Shown here in pieces: positions 61,055-64,000 of a stretch of 64,000 nucleotides of DNA (positions within the stretch are counted from its first letter, which is position 1; every line of letters starts with the position of its first letter). Position numbers and translations under genes: made by a program. The DNA is from an uncultured Candidatus Poseidoniales archaeon (GTDB lineage: Archaea; Thermoplasmatota; Poseidoniia; Poseidoniales; Thalassarchaeaceae): assembly GCA_964013425.1 (NCBI GenBank), contig CAXGWC010000004.1, positions 18,731-82,730 on the forward strand, written 5' to 3'. Below the pieces are notes generated by a model. That model was not told where the DNA came from. It did not search any database and saw nothing but the letters and a program-made list of their open reading frames with translations.

Positions 61055-62760
61055 TTTTTGATAACCATCTCAGCTGCTTTGGAAGCATCCAATCCGTCAT
61101 CTTGCACACTGTCTGCGAGAAGCATTGCTCCTTGGTCATCGATTAGAGCGAGTCCATTTACTGACACTCCTCTCCCCAGTGACTTCTCCCTGACTGACAT
61201 GAGAAATGCCTCTTGGCCTTCTTTGGAGATTGTTTCTGCTACCTCCTCTTGAGTCATTCCCAGAAACTTCTCTGCTGGATCCTTGGAGAGCAAGAGAGAT
61301 ACATTGGAAACTCCATCATCAAGAACCATCCTAATTCGTAAATCCTCTTCCCCTCTCTGGGGTCCGCAGTCTATGCAATTTCCGTCTCTTAACCTCTTCC
61401 TGCACTTTCTATTCCTGTCTGGTAATTGGACCGGGCACCTCTCAATTATTCCAGAGTCTCCAGTTACTAGGACTATTGTCCCGTTGGTTCTGACCCCTCT
61501 TCTGGTCCCTCCTTCTACTAGTTCGGTGAGTCCCACGTCCACCCAGTGATCTTCGGGGTCTATCTTGTCCCAAGCGGGGCTCTCCAAGCTTGTTGCCTGA
61601 GTTATTTCGTCTATGACGAGATCTGGGGAGCCCTGCCATGACTGAACCCTTGCCTCAGTCAGATGGATGAAATCTCCTGGCTTAGGATCGAAATCGCACC
61701 ATGCTGTCAGCCTACACCTCCCAGTTGGATCCATGACATCACCACTCCTGACGACCCTCTCCGAGCCATCTTTGGCGGTGAACGTTCTCTGGTACCATGA
61801 TTCTACCTGGAGGGTGATCTCAACATCCCTCATGCCATTTCTCAAACCCGATATTTTACTCCTAGTGGTTGGTGCCAAATCCTCCAAACTAGCAAAGGAG
61901 TTGTCATGGAATACCTCTACCCTGGATGAGTCGCTGATATTCACCTCGGGCGTATCTCTGAATCTTCTAATGGATGCTCCCTCAATCTTGAGTAACGTGC
62001 CCGGCTCATATTCGAAATCGGACCAAGATAGCATTCCGATACTACCGGTAGCATCGGCCAATCTTCCCCTGACGACATTTAGTTGACCGGATCCATCTCT
62101 CTTCACGATGACGTCCTTCTTGGTAGATAGAACTCTGGCGACTATACTGACGAAGCCCTCTGACTGGGAAGCCTTTTCGATACTGATTGGTTCGTCGGAT
62201 TGTTGTACGTTGGATTGACCGCCCTCTCTCAAGACTGAAATTCTGGATGTCCTATTGATATTAATTGATTTCTTGTCGTTCCACTCGTTTACGGATACGC
62301 CTTCCAGTCTTACTACCGAACCGGGAGCTAGATTCTGGCTGTGTCCCCCCCAGTCTTTGTAGTCCCATCGCTCTCTCTTGTCCCCTGACTCCCAAGGATT
62401 ATCTTCTATCCATCCGAAAGCAATCTGTCTCTCTTCTCCATTCTTCATTTTCTGCATCCTAGGAGTGTAAGAGACCACTGCAACTTCAACCGTAACGTTC
62501 CTATCCTCTGATCCAAGCTCCGAGAATCGATCTACTTTCTTGATGTCAGGAGATGAGGACCTAGAGGAAGGCGATCCAGTTATTTCGATTCCAGCGGCAG
62601 CTTGGAACTTCCTAATGACAGACCTTAGGGCGTCTTCAGGGGGGATCAGAAACTCCTCCTCATATCTCCTGAATTCCTCAATAATCTCGTTCTCGTCAGC
62701 GTCCTTACATTCTTGCTTCACCGTAGCTACTAGGTTTGCATACTTCCCTTCAACCGTCAT
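61036..62760 (-). CDS. rpa: Replication protein A large subunit (multiple OB folds and a zinc finger)
   Basis: 574 aa. OB-fold-like blocks recur (VTVEVAVVSY..., VSIVARVLST..., VEITLQVESW...). There is a Cys cluster, CPVQLPDRNRKCRKRLRDGNCIDCG. Operon context with the COG3390-like gene. Confidence 0.8.
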   Translation of the reverse strand: MTVEGKYANLVATVKQECKDADENEIIEEFRRYEEEFLIPPEDALRSVIRKFQAAAGIEITGSPSSRSSSPDIKKVDRFSELGSEDRNVTVEVAVVSYTPRMQKMKNGEERQIAFGWIEDNPWESGDKRERWDYKDWGGHSQNLAPGSVVRLEGVSVNEWNDKKSININRTSRISVLREGGQSNVQQSDEPISIEKASQSEGFVSIVARVLSTKKDVIVKRDGSGQLNVVRGRLADATGSIGMLSWSDFEYEPGTLLKIEGASIRRFRDTPEVNISDSSRVEVFHDNSFASLEDLAPTTRSKISGLRNGMRDVEITLQVESWYQRTFTAKDGSERVVRSGDVMDPTGRCRLTAWCDFDPKPGDFIHLTEARVQSWQGSPDLVIDEITQATSLESPAWDKIDPEDHWVDVGLTELVEGGTRRGVRTNGTIVLVTGDSGIIERCPVQLPDRNRKCRKRLRDGNCIDCGPQRGEEDLRIRMVLDDGVSNVSLLLSKDPAEKFLGMTQEEVAETISKEGQEAFLMSVREKSLGRGVSVNGLALIDDQGAMLLADSVQDDGLDASKAAEMVIKKWEVAM

Positions 62761-62992
62761 TTCTCTGCCTCCTACATGAGGAAGGCTGAGTCTAACTGGC
62801 CCGAATTCACAATTACCGATATCTCGACAACTGGCAGTGATTCAAGGGTGATACTGCAACGTGCGGTTTGGGGAAGACTCAGCACTTCATCACCTCAGGG
62901 TGTGATTCTTTACATCGGCGGTAAATGAAGGTGTTCATCAGGAGAGGGTCTGAAACCGACGTGATTAATCGGAATGACCCCCTCTCCCGGTC

Positions 62993-63544
62993 GTGGGCGT
63001 AGGCGAGCTTTGCAGATTTGGGGTTCTGACTGCGTCAGACAGGGCCAGCTCGGGAGAGTATGAAGACTTGAGCGGTCCAGCCATCGAAGGGTTCCTGGAA
63101 GAGGCACTTACATCTCCTTGGGAAGTAGAGAGAGTCATAGTTCCAGATGAAATGCACGAGATAGCCTCCTCGTTGATTGATATGGTCGATAACAAGGGTT
63201 GCTCGGTGGTCGTTACGACAGGCGGGACCGGTCCCTCACTGAGAGATGTGACTCCTGAGGCGACCACCAGCGTCTGTGACAAGATGCTTCCTGGATTTGC
63301 AGAGAAGATGCGTTCGGTCTCACTGAATTACGTACCTACAGCGATTTTATCTAGGCAGGTCGCTGGAATCAGAGGAGAATCTCTGATAATTAATCTACCA
63401 GGATCGCCCAAGTCTATAAGAGAAATCTTGGATGCCGTTTTCTCGGCTGTGCCATACTGCGTTGATCTGGTTGGTGGCCCATACATCACCACAGATTCGC
63501 ATGTTGTGGAGTCATTCCGTCCGGCTCATGCAAGACGCGAATGA
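62993..63544 (+). CDS. mogA: Molybdopterin adenylyltransferase MogA
   Basis: Collinear with E. coli MogA as I recall it: FGVLTASDRASSGEYEDLSGPA, VVVTTGGTGPSLRDVTPEAT, MLPGFAEKMRSVSLNYVPTAILSRQVAGIR, INLPGSPKSI, VPYCVDLVGGPY and FRPAHARR. GTG start. Confidence 0.9.
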   Translation: MGVGELCRFGVLTASDRASSGEYEDLSGPAIEGFLEEALTSPWEVERVIVPDEMHEIASSLIDMVDNKGCSVVVTTGGTGPSLRDVTPEATTSVCDKMLPGFAEKMRSVSLNYVPTAILSRQVAGIRGESLIINLPGSPKSIREILDAVFSAVPYCVDLVGGPYITTDSHVVESFRPAHARRE

Positions 63545-64000
63545 TTGAACATGTGATGGCCACTCGGAGTGTCATGGCGAAGATGAAGTCTGGAGACATT
63601 TCCAGCGATAGAGAGAATGATGAATTGCGTGAAATGGATGTGACTTTGGACTTCACGCCAAATGCCCTGTCCTCACTATTGTACAAGCAGGGCGACACTA
63701 TCGTCTTGATTTGTGTGACAAAGGCCCCCTCGCTTCCAAGGTGGTTTCCGAAGAACTCCGACAGGGGATGGGTTCATGCTGAGTACTCCCTACTTCCCGG
63801 TTCGACGGATTCCAGATTTAGGAGAGAGAGGAACGGTGCCAAGGGCAGGACTATGGAGATTGAAAGACTGATAGCCAGATCTCTCAGAGGAGCCGTGGAC
63901 TTAGAGGCTCTTGGCCCTGTAGCGCTGACTGTTGACTGCGACATTTTGAATGCCGACGGAGGAACGAGGTGCGCATCAATAACTGCGGCTTGCATGGGAC
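63541..64000 (+). CDS. rph: Ribonuclease PH (bacterial type); 3' end truncated by the window edge
   Basis: Not in the ORF track (edge-truncated). My translation is ...GWVHAEYSLLPGSTDSRFRRERNGAKGRTMEIERLIARSLRGAVDLEALGPVALTVDCDILNADGGTRCASITAACMG. This matches the RNase PH core as I recall it (GWITAEYGMLPRST..R..RE..KGKQGGRT.EIQRLIGRSLRA.VDL..LGE.T...DCDVLQADGGTRTASITGA). The ATG overlaps the mogA stop (ATGA). Confidence 0.9.
   Translation, partial: MIEHVMATRSVMAKMKSGDISSDRENDELREMDVTLDFTPNALSSLLYKQGDTIVLICVTKAPSLPRWFPKNSDRGWVHAEYSLLPGSTDSRFRRERNGAKGRTMEIERLIARSLRGAVDLEALGPVALTVDCDILNADGGTRCASITAACMG

Noticed and set aside
62847-62895. GUGAUGA (minus strand) with GGTGAT/ATCACC terminal complementarity in the rpa-mogA intergenic region, considered as a C/D sRNA
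   Set aside because: No CUGA box D lies next to the 3' arm of the stem and there are no C'/D' elements. It is more likely a promoter-region inverted repeat, and the evidence is too weak to call.
1-64000. Searched by eye for CRISPR repeats, IS/transposase/integrase genes, toxin-antitoxin pairs, restriction-modification or other defence modules, and rRNA genes
   Set aside because: None were found. Apart from the 14.6-kb AT-rich spacer, the window is gene-dense housekeeping and envelope content with short intergenic regions.

Overview
This 64-kb window looks like core chromosome from an archaeon. Archaeal markers include a complete A1AO ATP synthase operon in the order atpH-I-K-E-C-F-A-B-D, and smc-scpA-scpB. 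Others are an RPA large subunit with its COG3390-type partner, ABCE1, ribosomal protein eL41, and an intron-containing tRNA-Trp. A GGPP synthase with a geranylgeranyl reductase and an archaeal-type NMN adenylyltransferase are also present. The window also carries many secreted or anchored hydrolases (an S8 protease, an SGNH esterase with a PGF-CTERM-like tail, a lipobox alpha/beta hydrolase, and a giant surface protein). Several bacterial or eukaryote-like genes are present too: type II glutamine synthetase, D-amino-acid oxidase, RNase PH, GrpE, SucCD and MogA. Together this suggests an uncultured marine planktonic euryarchaeote (Marine Group II / Poseidoniales-like); that assignment is inference only. 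I call about 58 CDS, 3 tRNAs (Trp-CCA with an intron of about 113 nt, Ala-GGC, Arg-UCU), one intron-borne box C/D guide and one weak C/D-like sRNA candidate. I see no rRNA, CRISPR array, transposase, integrase or recognisable defence island. The supplied ORF track misses three genes: two edge-truncated ones (1-3103 minus, a surface protein; 63541-64000 plus, RNase PH) and a 35-aa eL41 gene. Several track ORFs (tpiA, the sugar nucleotidyltransferase, sucC, the DRG GTPase, panE) carry spurious N-terminal extensions that I trimmed to the conserved N-termini. I found no clear-cut novel multi-gene system. The most unusual items are listed here. (1) An M50 site-2-protease homologue whose HExxH is replaced by SEARR; it is fused to a large ectodomain and translationally coupled to panE. 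(2) A convergent, overlapping D-amino-acid oxidase / type II glutamine synthetase pair next to a 20 % GC regulatory island with a repeated motif. (3) An ABCE1 lacking four canonical Fe-S cysteines. (4) A Cys-less TlpA-like domain inside a 780-aa polytopic membrane protein. (5) An AIG1/FAR-17a-like membrane protein. (6) A GDPD enzyme with HRG changed to NRM at its N-terminus and an orphan IIGHRGAG at its C-terminus. (7) A stand-alone TFIIB-type zinc ribbon. (8) A protein with three SAP-like repeats beside the RPA genes. All functional calls come from reading motifs by eye, with no database search.
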